Assembly: GCA_051047955.1 (NCBI GenBank)
Contig: JBPGPT010000055.1
Coordinates: forward strand, 1 to 64,000
DNA length: 64,000 nucleotides
Reading direction: 5' to 3'
Source: Cystobasidiomycetes sp. EMM_F5
Taxonomy: Eukaryota
How positions within the stretch are numbered: position 1 is the first letter of the stretch; the number at the start of each line of letters is the position of its first letter. Below, piece by piece: positions 39,773-53,880 of this stretch. Position numbers and translations under genes: made by a program. The notes beneath the pieces were generated by a model that saw nothing but the letters and a program-made list of their open reading frames with translations, did no database searches and was not told the origin of the DNA.

Positions 39773-40074
39773 GGCATCGATGTACGGAAGGATCTGAGAA
39801 TTGCTATTCTAGCTCGTTCAGCGCAATTAGCGCTTGTGACTGCGAATGAGCGATGTTGTGCATAAAGACAGCCCGATATGCTTACGAAAGGGGGCGTTTC
39901 AATCCGTATCCTGCGCAATTCGATCCGGTAGGAGTTGCTTGTATGTAGAGACATTGCATAGAGCGGGCCAAGAGCGCGCCATACGACTGCAGCATAGCAA
40001 TTGTCCATATTGCGGGAGGCTTTGCGAATGCGCAAGGGAAGACTGGCAAAGTTCTGCCGATTGATGCCCATCCT

Positions 40075-41034
<960 letters not shown>

Positions 41035-42173
41035 TCAGCCAGTCGGTCGCGAACTTGAATGCTAGACGGCCGGGATGTCCGATGTACAAGAGGGCAACTG
41101 CTGGGCGCACCTTCTCTTCAGCGAGAAGTGTGCTTTCTCGGTTGAATCAGAACTGGATGGCCTGGAGTCACCATACCCACTTCGCGCCCCAAGACCGCAA
41201 AGATGCTCTTCATCTGCTTTCCCTTTCTCCACAAAATTTAGCCTGCCTTGCATCAGCAATTTCGACGGGCCTTTGAACACACATCCCTCTTCATGCTTGT
41301 GCGGTTATAGCCCGAGCCAAATAAGTTTAATGGGCCTCTGATTCCCTCTTTGCATTTGAGCGGAACATGCTGGCCTTGGAACAACATATCTAAACAACGA
41401 ATTAACAAAGGGCAAGAACTATGACATCCGTTCATAGATACCTTGGGAGTGCTTGATGGCTCTCGGATGTCCTGACGTGTTGCCTGCTGACGAGGTGCAA
41501 GGTAATTGACAGAATGCCACGGTAAATGGCATTACCGGCGATGCGTCATAAGCGTAAAGGTGCTGACGTTGATTACGGTCCGCCCGGTGCTGAATAGCAT
41601 GCTGGGACGCGTGCTGCACTGACCCGACATCCATTACAATACGAGAAGAATACAGCAAGACATTTTGCGATAGTAAGAACGTTGAGCAGGCAATTCGATA
41701 GCTGTAGGAGCAACGATTGCGCGTGTCAAATTGTGGAAGCTTATGAGACAAAGACGTTGTTGTGAAGAAATTGATTTTGCGAACAAGTTTCGAAGGTCCG
41801 CCCGACGACCGAATGCTGCCATGGCTTTTCTGAAAACCAACCCAAAGTCGGAGGCAAAGGCTGTAATTCTGCATACGCTATGCGCTACTGAGCTGTCACT
41901 CAATGCACAACGAGCAATGTCGGACCATCAGGCGCGACCGTCGTCAACCCGTACGTAGAGAGAGGTTGGGGCTTTTTGGCCAAGCCAGGCTGACTGACAC
42001 CTGCTCGATGCTTCAACCTGCGTTACACTCAATACGACACTCGTACTGGCGGTGCACACCCTGCTATACATCGTACTCGTCGTTGGTCCGCGGCGCCGTG
42101 CTTTCTTTGTCGTGGCTGCTTATTCTGGATCGCTATCCTGCCCGCTGCAAACGAACGATACTATATCGCAGCA

Positions 42174-45100
42174 ATGACGGGGACATCTCGCTCAGAATCG
42201 TCTTCGAACATCTTTCGGAACTTTGTAAATGCTCTGAGACCACCGCTCACCAGGTCAGAATCGTCCAGGCAGCAGCACCAAGTTCAGCAGCCGCAGGCTG
42301 GACAGCAGCAGTCGGCGGGAGAAAGCTCAGCCAGTGCTGGAAATGGCAGCAACGACGCTGTGAGGGAAGCCTCGCCAGACCTCGCTGCCGTAGCGCCCAC
42401 AACCTATAGCGATCAGGCATCGCATTCGCCGAGCGGCGGCGGGAATGCATCACCGACGATAGCGCAGGGAATTCATGATGATGCGACTAGGTCATCTTCC
42501 AGGTCAAGGGTAGACGCTCCGCGTATAACACCTCCGGAAGCCCCGTCTCAGCAAGCGGACTATGAAAATCGCGTTCGACGATCTTCGGGATCCGGTTCTT
42601 CAATGCGACAGCAAGCCACCGGACAGCAGCGTCAAGGCCATTACTTACACCCACTAAGTACCTCTGACGTCTCAGGAGAGACAAAGCTCCCTACATCGTC
42701 GTCGACTTCATCACTTCAGGCTCTTACTCCGACCGGTCCTACCGCTTCAACATCAGCACGCCCCGTCGGCGGAGGAGTCCGCTCCTCGTCTGCCTCGTCT
42801 CTCATCACCGATAGCAAGGGAAGACCGAGACCTGAGCGTAGGCAGTCTTCTTCAAGACGGTTGGCAAATGCCCTCAAGCCAATGTTCCGAAGAGCAAGCT
42901 CTCAATCGGAAAAGAACCAGACTACTGGGGTACTGCCTATGTCGACTACAACAGGCGGTAGCCAAAGTAGTACCAGTGCAACAACATCTCGTCCATCTCC
43001 GTTTGGCAGTAGCAGATCTAGGCCAGGATCGGCGTCTGGCTCGCCCAGCCAATCCCCCGCGCAAAGCACTCAAAGTCCGTCTGAAGCAGCCGGTAGCATC
43101 GCTTCTGCTTCTGCCTCGACATCAGGTTCAGGATTCTTCGGCGGGAATCGCCGGCGGCCGTGGACAGCAGGTTCGGGCGGCAATCGCAATAGCATCTACA
43201 CATCTGGAAGTCGAGGCACCCCATCTCCTGGATCCGAGACTGTCACGCAACCATTCCCCTCCCCATTCTTCTCAACGCAATCGCAGCAGCAATTCACTCA
43301 AAGCACCCCAACTGGCTCGTATCCAACCGCTGCGTCAGCTTTCCAGTTTGTCCCTGCCGGTCCGCCTATCGACTGCGCAGCAGAAATATCTCGAATTTTG
43401 GCACAGTCTGCGATGCTGACATTGGCCCAGCTGATCCCTCTCAATTCAATGACACCGTATGGAGGTTTTCACCTTTCCGTTGCAGCTGCCTTGGGCAGCC
43501 TTCCAGGAGCTGGAAGTACTGTATCGCTGGCGACAACCGCGCTGTCTGAAGCTGCTACATCTGCATCATCTATTCATCACGGCCAGACCTCATCGTCATC
43601 ACACAATCCATCGCTCTATCCAGTGATTGAACCCGTTAATTTGCCAACAAGCGCATTCATGTGTAACGAACAGCTGGCCGCGACCTCTCTTAGCCTTCCA
43701 ACGACTAGTGTAGGAACTGTGTGGCGGGTTGCACGGAGTCTTGAGTGGCTCAGTGTGAATGCCGCCACGCTCAATGAATTGGCTGCCAGTCGCGCAAATC
43801 CTATGACGCCTCGTCCTGGTCCAAGCGCATCGCAATCTCCCGTAGGCCTGCAACAGCAGGCAAATGATGCTTCAAAGCTTGGTCGTCAGTCTGAGACAAC
43901 CTTCGAATTTGCATCGCTGGTTCAGAGTGTCATGGATGCCATGGCAGCCAATGCTGCGCAGAGTAGTATCGATCTAAGTTGTTACCACGGCCATCGAAGT
44001 CAAGTTGCCTCCAATTCCAGCACATCTCCGGGTGGCTCAACACCTCATCGAAGCAGTAACTTATCGCCTGACTCGCATGGTCGTGCAGCTGGCCCTTGCG
44101 CGATACCTGACATCCACGAGGCATTTGTGCGTGCCGACGAGAGAGGACTGGGCATCGCAATCATGTCGGTGTTGCACCAGGTTATGTCCGATGCCAAACC
44201 GGGCGCTAGTATCGATGTCGGCGTCTCCTTCGCTTTGTCGATGCCGGCGCAATCAGCAAATGATGGAGGAGCATTTGAAGACGATGAGGACAGCGACGAC
44301 GAGAACGGGCCTATCCTCGGAACGTATCTATGTGCGATCGCAATCACGCATACCTTTGCACCGCCGGCTCGGACAGCAGCTGCCAGAAACGTTTATGCTG
44401 CCTCTTCGTCATCGGCAGGCGACAATGACCCGTCAGGCGCTTCGGCGAGTCTTCCAGCATCTCCGGCTGCTTTAGCTTCACCACTGTTGCCCGATAATAG
44501 AAGTTTAGACGCGACGGTATCTGCGGTCCTCTTACAACATCTTCATCTGACTCTCGTCACCCTACCTTCTAAGCCGGATTCTCAGACGATAAAGTTGACG
44601 TGCGCGTTGCCTCAAGGCGCTGCACCTCATACCTCCGCAGCATATGATCCGATGCGTCGGAGATCGTCCATCGACAACGGCAGGGAACCTTCGGTGAGTC
44701 ACATTTACACCGAGCGAAGTCACTCATGACTCCAAAGCTGACAAAGTCGTGCAGGTCTCTGAATTAGCGCGTTTTATCGATGTATCGCTGCGAGGGAAAA
44801 AAGCAGCGTTGCATGCACTTGAATCAAGCATCTCCGCTAGGTACTTGTCCCACCACTTAGCCAGCTGGGGCATGGACATCAGCCACGTTGCTCTGCGTAG
44901 TGACGATGATCAAGATACCACCTCGTCAGCAACTACGACTGCCAGCGCTTGGGCATCTCCTGCTCGAATGCCGCAATCGCAAGCGCAGTTGGGTCGCTAT
45001 GATTCTGGATTTGGCGGCAGCGACCAATCAAACAGTCCTCACTATGGCGCGGCAAGCCCAGCTCCACTAGTACATGGTGACCCTTTTGCGAGCTTTAGCC

Positions 45101-47681
45101 TGGCGACGAACAACACTGGCACTTCGCGTTCGAGCGGCCCTTCAGAACCTTCACTCAACACAACATCTCCGCCACTGGATCCGACTCTCAATTTTATAAT
45201 CATTGATGACGATATCTCAACTTTGAAGCGCCATCTCATTTTACTCCGCAACAACCCTCCCACAGTACAGCTGCACAATGCGCTGCTTGCAAAGCGACCG
45301 CAACTGCAATCCCGACGCACTCGTTCGAGTCAAGCCGTCCATCGTGTCGCGGCAGTACAGGCTTCCATAATATACTTTACCAGCTTGACGAGTTACCGAC
45401 AGATCAAAGACATTGTTCATAGCGTCTTCAAGAATGCGAGCTCAATGTTCCCCCTCCCCGAAGTCCTTGTAGTCCCTAAACCGATCGGGCCAAGGCGGCT
45501 TCTCACGACACTCTTCAGTGCCGTCAAGCGTCCTACTCTTGATCCATTCTTCGTGCCGATTGCCACTTCTCCAGCGAGTCCTGGCGGTCAGTACTCGTTC
45601 GGAGGCGGCCGTCCCAGCCCTGCTCCATCCCATGTCAACGACTTCGATATTGCTGCGGGACAAGCGCTGCATGCCAACCGCCAGGGCGAAGCTCTATCAG
45701 CCGTACCTTCTAGTGTGACCAACGCCAGTACCCCCAAAACCCCACCAGTTCCGCTGAATCAGCAGACTTCCAATCCGCCGTCTCCGGTTTCTCCAGATGC
45801 TCTAGAATACTTTTCCAAATCTACAGTCGAGCTTGGATCCAGCGCCAGTCAAGGTGTAATCATACAAAGTCCAGACGGACGTGCGACTGGTCTGTTCTTT
45901 CAGCCTCGCGCGGCCAGTCTCCACGACAAAGCCGAAAGCATGCGTCTGTCGCGCACATCCGGAGCTTCATCCCATAGTGACCACTCGACTGCCACGGCAC
46001 AGTCAGCTCGACCTCGTCCATCGCCAAGTGCCAACTATACAGCCAGTATAGCAAGCAATACAGAACTGCCTGCAATCGTCATTCCAGACAATATGGACTT
46101 CAATTCCGCAAATCGCGCCTTTACTGTCTCGAACCATACGACCAAGGAAGACCCGCGCAGCTTTGGGCAAAGGGGTGAGACAATGAGTGCTATGAAATCC
46201 AGCCCTTCCATGAGGAGCGCGGAATTCGCAAGCCCTACAAGCGTCAAGAGCGAAGACAATGTATCAAATGAGACCTATACTCGAGAATTTGATAGAGTAC
46301 GCAGCGAGCCTTCGAGTCCGCCAACGGCTCATGAGACGAGCTCGCAGAAGCGGTCCCAAGATGCGGAAACATCGACTTCGCCGATAGCCCGCGATTTCAC
46401 AAGCAAAGAGACCGCCACTTTGCCAGCGAACGCATCATTAGATAAGCCAAACTTGCTCAGAGCCTCCAGCAAAGACTCGCCGCTCGAGTCTCGACCAGCG
46501 TCTCCCACCAGGGACGTAGAGATTTCCGTCAGCAGGGCCCGGCGACTCACGAATCGTGCTGAGAAGCTCAAGAAAACATCGCGGCGACCTACCGGCACCC
46601 TTGTCCCACCTATCAACGTCCTGATCGTCGAGGGTGCGTTACTGTTACTGATCAACTATAGGGCGCACTGACGGTTTTATTTATTGTGCACTCAGATAAT
46701 CCCATCAACCAAATTATCTTGTCGACAAATTTGAAAAGGAAGGGCATAAAGTTCAGCGTTGCCAACAATGGTCAGGAGGCCGTGGATGTATGGAAGACGG
46801 GAGGGTTCCATCTCGTCTTAATGGATATACAACTTCCTGTAAAGGATGGTATCGAAGCGACACGGGAGATTCGCGAGATGGAGCGAATGGCCGCAAGTGG
46901 AGGTTACATCATGGGAAGTCCTAGCGCTGGCAGCGAATCATCGGTCACATCGCCGTCTTCGGTCACCTCGCCAGTCTCGTCTGCAGCTTCGCCATTCGAT
47001 TTGCCAGTCATCATTGTAGCTTTGACTGCCTCATCATTGCAGTCCGACAGGGTTGCAGCCCTGGCCGCGGGGTGTAATGACTTCCTGACGAAACCTGTAC
47101 ATCTTCAATGGCTCAACAAGAAACTGGTTGAGTGGGGATCGATGGCGTATCTCTCTGGATTCTCCAGCAAGCGTCGGCCAGCTGCAATAACACCACGCGA
47201 AGCGATGGTGTCACCGCAGAGTACGACGCAAACTCTACAGGCTGCGGCTGTAGAGCTGTCTGAGCAAGACGAGAAGGCGGCCATGAAAGCGAAATTGAAA
47301 GCCATGATGAGTCGAAAGCCTCCGGGACTCTTCGGCAACGCATCCGTCCCAGCTTCCGCTCCCGACCCCGTAGTTGCTGTGCCGGCCAACGTACCCGGCG
47401 ATAAGGCTGTCGAAGCGCCAGAGGTGCAACACACAAGCATCGGACCGCCCGATAACATTGAGTCACCCGCAACCGCGTCCGAGCCAGCGGCGGATGTGTC
47501 GCACGATGCACAGGCAAGTCAGATCTCAGTACAGCCGCTCGAATATGTTCAACACCGTAGCGACAAGCCGGAAGCAGAGCAGCGTGCCGAAGTAGTCAAA
47601 GCGCTTGGAGGCACGCAGATGGACGGAGCTGCAGCAACCGATGGACCCAATGCGGAGGATAACCAGCCTGCAGCGGAATGA
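42174..47681 (+). CDS. SSK1: Response regulator Ssk1/Mcs4 (HOG phosphorelay)
   Basis: PPINVLIVE|DNPINQ...FHLVLMDIQLPVKDGIEAT...IVALTASSLQSDRVAALAAGCNDFLTKPV receiver domain; VPKPIGPRRLLTTL and FFVPIATSP blocks. Confidence 0.93.
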
Positions 47682-47961
47682 AGATTTTTTGGAAGTAATT
47701 AGGGTATCATTCGGTTGTAGACATTAGGCAGAATCGCATTCTCATACGCAGCATAACAATAGTACCGCACACAGAGCCACTGGTACAATACACGATGATA
47801 GTAACGCACCGCGACACGCGTCGGGGCTGATTTTGAGATAACACGCGGAAAGTAATGCTGACTAATCAAGACCCGCATGGTCCGCTGACTCGTCAAGTAT
47901 TGCGTCTGCTGCGTTGTCGTTAACATTATCAAAGGCGCATCGCACTCCTCAAGACGCCGAC

Positions 47962-48812
47962 ATGATTGCGCCAGGATACTCTGTCCGGCCGATGTCGCTG
48001 GCTGATGTTCGGACGGTGGCATCAGCGCTCCACGCGACTTTCATGTCTGATGCAATTCCTGCGTACAGTGCGTGTTGCGATGCTAGCTCACTCCTCTGAC
48101 TATACTGCTTAAATGCCTCCCTTCACGCCGGCAATCTCCAGTCAACAACATGCCTTCTCCACATTATGCGCACCGACACGCTGCCCGACTGTCTGACACT
48201 TATAAAAACAGCGAGGCTTTTTTGCTCCGCATATCCTGCAATCCTCGCTCTCACCGCTTTGTAATTCTCGACGAGAAGTCATCGTGCATCGGATTATGCG
48301 ACTGGTTGTCTCCCGAGGCCGACCCGTCACGCAAACGGAAATTGACGATGACAGAACGCCTGCTAGGCTACACCTTATGGATCAGGGACTCTTTCTGGTC
48401 TCTTTCGCTCGTGAAGCGTATTACCGAATACTTTCAACCCGCCTCGGCCGAGCGGGGTAGGCGGCGAGGGTTGGTCATGTCGCATGTGGAGCAAGTGAAG
48501 AAAAAGCACTATCCAGAGTACATGAAGCCAGGTGGATACTGGCAGTTGGGTGGTCTCTATATCAGAGAAGAACATACCAGGAAAGGCCTCGGCGGGACCA
48601 TGCTTGAGTGGGGTTTGAAGCGGGCGGACGAGGATGACAAGGCTATCGTGGTCTTTGCAAGCGAGAAAGGCTACGGGCTATACAAAAAGCACGGCTTTGT
48701 CATCATCGAGCAAAGTCGGATAATGGAAGATGAAGTTGACGGCGGCATTTTTCACTGCACGATGGTTCGGCCCCCAAAAAGTATGCGTGCAATTAGCGCT
48801 ACTGTATCGTAG
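47962..48812 (+). CDS. GNAT-family N-acetyltransferase
   Basis: YWQLGGLYIREEHTRKGLGGTMLEWG (motif A) and ASEKGYGLYKKHGF (motif B); one intron, about 48068-48141. Confidence 0.88.
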
Positions 48813-48899
48813 CGAGAGGCAAGACTAGTGCATAGGGAGGACTCGGAAACTTGTGTGTGTACAACAACAGAAGGTGTAGACAAGGCTGCGTGTCCGTAT

Positions 48900-49745
48900 T
48901 CATGACGATGTAGAAGTTGCATTTTCAAACTTGATGAAGGTCGTTTCATTCACTGCATGGATCCTTTTAGCTGTGATGTTCAGGTATAGCTGATGTTACT
49001 GACTTTCTCCGTCTTGTATGTCCGTATCTACGATGTCCAAGCCATACTCTTCGGCACATAACAAGGAGGATATTGCTACGGCTACTGGCGTTTCTGAGGC
49101 CAGCTTTGAAGCTAGGGCGGTCGAATTGACTTCGTGTATGGTTGCTGACGGATAGTGCTTGCGGATATAGTGTCGACACTGGCCGAGTGCCTGTGTGCAG
49201 ACCATCGGCTTCTTGCTGATTGCGATTGTCACCTAAACCCACCTGTTCGTGACTATACACTACTTCCACCGGTCGGTCAGCAGAGCCTCTGCTTCTGAGC
49301 ATCGCGTGTCCGATACGTAGTCTCCTCCGCCCTAATTCTCGAATACTAAATTGCGTCAGACAATGCTGAGTTTCGTTGACTGGACCATTGGTAGAATTCT
49401 CGATGGGGACAACGCCATAGTCGACGAGACCACTGTCTACAGCCTTGAATACGTCTGTAATGACATATTTGTAGGAAGGAGAGAAGAGGGCATTAAGATT
49501 TCTGCTAGATGCGCTTGGATCTCGCTCGACCGCACCCGAGATAGTTTCCTGGAGCTTGTAGGATGCCAAATCACCAAAGAACTCTTTGGATGCCTGTCAT
49601 TTGCGCCATAGAATTAGATATCTCCTCAAATTGGCTGATCGGATCCCTTCAAACGAGCCTGATGAGAGTAAGTTCCTACTGGGCCCAACGTAGAGACGAC
49701 CGGAGTCGCAGCATCGTTCCCATTAAATGCATCGTGGCCGTTCAT
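48900..49745 (-). CDS. PHA2: Prephenate dehydratase-like protein; catalytic PDT domain only, no ACT domain
   Basis: LGPVGTYSHQ|A, GVVPIENSTNGPV, VYSHEQ|ALGQC, NSTA and DIQDGE|MNETTF, then a stop at 48900; 5 exons. Confidence 0.88.
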
Positions 49746-49903
49746 GCTGGCATCGTATCTTGGGCGGATTGCTCAGACGCCAACTCCGCGCGGTACGGCG
49801 GATGACTTGGGATTAGGGGAATATTTTGGCAGAGTTGCGATTGGAGACAGTAGCCTTGTATTCAGCCAACAAACCTGGTAGTCGATAACTGTGACGCAAC
49901 AAC
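49746..49903. promoter_or_regulatory. Putative bidirectional promoter shared by PHA2 and ARO2
   Basis: Only 158 bp separate the divergent start codons at 49745 and 49904. Confidence 0.65.
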
Positions 49904-51585
49904 ATGAGCAGCTTCGGAACGCTGTACAAGTGAGCGGCCGGGAGCCTGCTGTTCGTGTAAAATCGAAAAAGAATGGCCATTCTGACGCAAATACTGGGCA
50001 ATCTGCAGAGTGACGACGTACGGCGAGTCGCATTGCGCTAGTGTTGGGTGTATTGTCGAAGGGTGAGTTGGGTGAATCATATATATCGCTAAGGCTGGCC
50101 GACTTTCTCGACTCGACAGCGTTCCACCAGTATGTCTTAATGGCAACTAGCCCGCACAAGGCGAAGCAATTGACTCAACTATCTTGTCCAGGGTCTACAA
50201 CTCACCAACGAAGATATCCAAAATCAGCTTTCCCGTCGACGACCTGGACAAAGTAATCTAACGACGCCAGTAAATTTGCCTGCAGCGGCGTCGCCCCAAG
50301 TCACCACACTGACATGTTGTCACAGCGCGATGAAGCGGACAAGGTATCCATACAATCTGGGTGCGAATTCGGCGTTACCCTAGGAACACCCATAGGACTT
50401 CGCGTGCAAAACAAGGATCAAAGGCCACACGATTATACAGAGACTGACCTATTCCCAAGACCTTCACATGCAGACTGGACCTACCTCCTCAAGTATGGTG
50501 TCAAAGCCAGTTCTGGTGGAGGCAGGAGTAGTGCGAGAGAAACTATTGGAAGGGTCGCAGCTGGTGCTATTGCCGAAAAGTACCTTAAAGACGCTCTGGG
50601 CGTCGAGTTCGTAGGCTTTGTATCGTCTGTGGGAAAGGTGCACCTGCCGTGCTCGAAAAGCGAGGAAGCATCAACCTCTAAACAGCCAAATGGTGTCAAT
50701 GGGATCCACGAGGATGACGACGACGAGACGGCAGAACTCATGTCGGAGGAGTATTTACATCTTCTCAACACCGTCACGCGCGATCAAGTGGACGCAAGCA
50801 TGGTGCGATGCCCCGATGAGGCCACTACGGACAGGATGGTCCAGCGGATAATCCGGGCAAAGGACAAGCAGGACAGTATAGGTGGATGTGTCACATGCGT
50901 CATCCGGAACGTACCAGTGGGATTAGGAGAACCTGTTTTCGACAAGCTTGAGGCACAATTGGCACACGCCATGCTCAGCATCCCTGCGACAAAAGGTTTC
51001 GAGATTGGGTCTGGATTCAAGGGGTCTGAAGTAGCTGGAAGCAAGCACAACGATGCCTTCGTCCGCAAAGAGGGCGGTGGACTTGGAACGCTTACCAACC
51101 GATCTGGGGGTATTCAAGGAGGTATTACAAACGGTGAAAACGTCTATTTCAAGTAAGCTTATGGGCATCTGCGAATCGTACCGTTGTCGTCGTTCTGACT
51201 GGCATGCTGCAGAGTCGCTTTCAAATCGCCGGCTACTATCAGCCAGGAACAAGCGACAGCAAAGTACGACGGCGAAGCGGGTACCTTGGCTGCTCGGGGA
51301 CGTCACGATCCTTGTGTGGTCGCTCGAGCTGTGCCTATCGTGGAAGCGATGGCAGCACTAGTCATTATGGAGTGGGTCATCTTTCTGCGCCTACTGCGAG
51401 GTGGTTGATGGCTGAATCGCGTCAATTCTAGTGCCGTCTTGATGCAAAATGCTCGTCGAGCTGCTGCTTCTTTGCTGCCATCTATGACGCATCTGCCGGC
51501 CACGATGATGCTTCCATCTGCGAAACAGATCAAGGAGGCTGTACCTACGGAAAAGGAGGTGCGCGAGTCGGAGCCGTTGCACTAG
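49904..51585 (+). CDS. ARO2: Chorismate synthase
   Basis: [61 protein letters not shown] and GRHDPCVV. Confidence 0.98.
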
Positions 51586-51695
51586 TATGTGAGGTTGTGA
51601 AGTTGCGCACACTCTAACAGCCGTTTGATGGCGATCTGGTGTTTCGTGCATTGCATGAGACAGCACAGCCCTTTCACGTATTCTTGTATTGTGCA

Positions 51696-52458
51696 CTATT
51701 GCAGCCCGACAGTCTTGTTGAGAGCAGTCCACGTAATGAGGAGATCGTCCGGCAGTTCTGTGTCCTTGTCGACTTTGTAGAGCTACAGGGAGCAATTGTG
51801 TCAGCGATCGCTGGCACGGCTCATGTGACACGACACTGACCTTTTTAAGGCTAAGGATGTTCACCTGCTCGTTGAGTGCATCGAGCGGGGCCAGCTTGCC
51901 GGAAACGAACGACGCCATGCGGTCGTGCAAGTCTGCTTTTTCGCTATCCGTCAAACGATGACTGATCTTGACGAGCATGATAGACGAAGAAGATGCGTTT
52001 CCTCCAAAACGCCGTAAGCCTTCGCCAATCTGTACATGATGCGCGTTGTCAGTCTTTCCACCTTTTGCACAAATGATAGATTGCACAGACGTTGGACGCT
52101 GGATTGAGGTGATGTATGATTTCGCTATGTACAGTCTGAGTCTTTAGGTCGCCTTGAGCTGCACCGAGTATAGCATTGTGTGCGGCTGTGAGGATATGGT
52201 CTCGTGAGGCAATCTGAGTCAATGAACGGATCAATATCGGCATCGATAACGGCTTCATTATCGACTGACCATACTGCCATCAAGGAATGCGAAGTCAAGT
52301 AGCTGCCTTTCAAGGATGCCTTGGTCGCCAGCCATGGTGGAAGCCGCGATGAAACGCTGCCTGACTTCAGCCGCATTGACGACATCCGTCCACAGCGCGA
52401 GCGTAATCTCTTGCAGCTCGTCAGGATACGCCTGAGCGGGCAGGACATAGCTTTCCAT
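51696..52458 (-). CDS. CGI121: KEOPS/EKC complex subunit Cgi121
   Basis: DFAFLDGSM|IASRDHILTAA, LKTQTVHSEIIHHLNPASN|IGEGLRRFG and LKK|LYK. Confidence 0.9.
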
Positions 52459-52730
52459 GGGTCGTGTACAAAATATGTTGGTCTGTAGTCAAGCATTCGG
52501 CAGCCCGACATCCGAAGTGGCAACGACTTTTCGAAAAGTAGGCGCGTGTCAAAGCTTTTTGCCCTCTGAGCGATTCACAAAAATGACAAGGAGAGACTAA
52601 CCTGTTTTACTAACGTAGTGCGACTGGCCGTACGCTGAACGTGTTCGCAGACGACACAGAAGATTGCGTAAAATTGACCCTTATCTGATAGCGCAGACAT
52701 CGGAGTCGTCGGCGAAAGTCAAGCCTCAAG

Positions 52731-53880
52731 ATGGCGACCGCATGGAGATGGTATCTGCGGATGCTGAGGGAGTAGGTTTGCTAACCCGCTCGCGAGATGC
52801 TGCCGAATTGAGCATGGTTTACCAGCCATACTTTACCGACACAGATGGTGACTGGTATGAGAAGCTCGACCCAGGCATACTAACAGACAAGCTGATTCTT
52901 GCCGACCATCTCAACAAATTATGAAGGTGCATGCATCGGTTTTACGGCCGATACGACCGCGCAAAGGGTAGTTGAGAGGCGGATACAGCAGAATGTGGGT
53001 TTGTCGGATCCCGCAATTAAATGCTTGATTACCTTTGTTGATGATCATATCACTGACAGTGGAAAAGGACGGGCAGACAGACTTTGTATAGTAAGCTAAA
53101 CATGGCGGGATTCCGTCTACGACAAGGCATGACCCGGACACTCGCGATTTCCACAGGCTTTTTCGTTTTTGCCCCAATGGCGAATAGATGGTTTGCTGTC
53201 CTGCAACGCATCAACTTCAAGAATATATGGACTAGTGTGTATAGTATGTTTTTCGGAAAGCCGAATACCGGCTAATGTTGATATCGCAGCTGCGCTGGCC
53301 AGAACCGGCGTCGGTACGCTCAATATCGCAACTACTGCTGTAGCCTCTCTGACTCACAACTCCTGCAGATATGGTCACTTTCATGCCCTTCAGCAGCTTC
53401 ATGTTTTTCACCTGTTTAGGCACAATGGAGGGTCGGCCGTTTGCGGAAAGCAAACATCGGTGGTTGACAGTCAGCCACTACATTTGTGAGATCCGTGGTC
53501 AGCCGGCTAATAGGATGTTACCCAGAATTTCCCACAAGTCATCAGGAATCAGTATATGGTTTTCGCCCCGGCGCAAGTGCGTCAACACATGTAATGTTCG
53601 GACATTTAAGCGGCTAAGACTGAGGTACTGCAGATTATCAATATGGTTATGCTGCCTTTATACGCGCGCCCTCCGTTTTTGAACTGCGTTGGACTCGGGT
53701 GGATGCTGGTGAGTCACGATTCAGATGCATTAGGTCTATCCGGCTCAGATGACGGGACTGCAGTACCTTGCGACGGTCAACAGCAGACCGACTGTGCCCA
53801 TGACACCTGAGGGTAGCGCTGTGACTACGCCGATGTCGTCAAAACAAAGCCAAAGTACCACGATACTGGTGGGTGACTGA
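52731..53880 (+). CDS. Mpv17/PMP22-family membrane protein (Sym1-like), many short exons
   Basis: Spliced MATAWRWYLRMLRD|HTLPTQMVT|GACIGFTADTTAQ, WKRTGR, FAPMANRWF, DMVTFMP and AQ|IINMVMLPLYARPPFLNCVGLGWML|YL. Confidence 0.85.
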
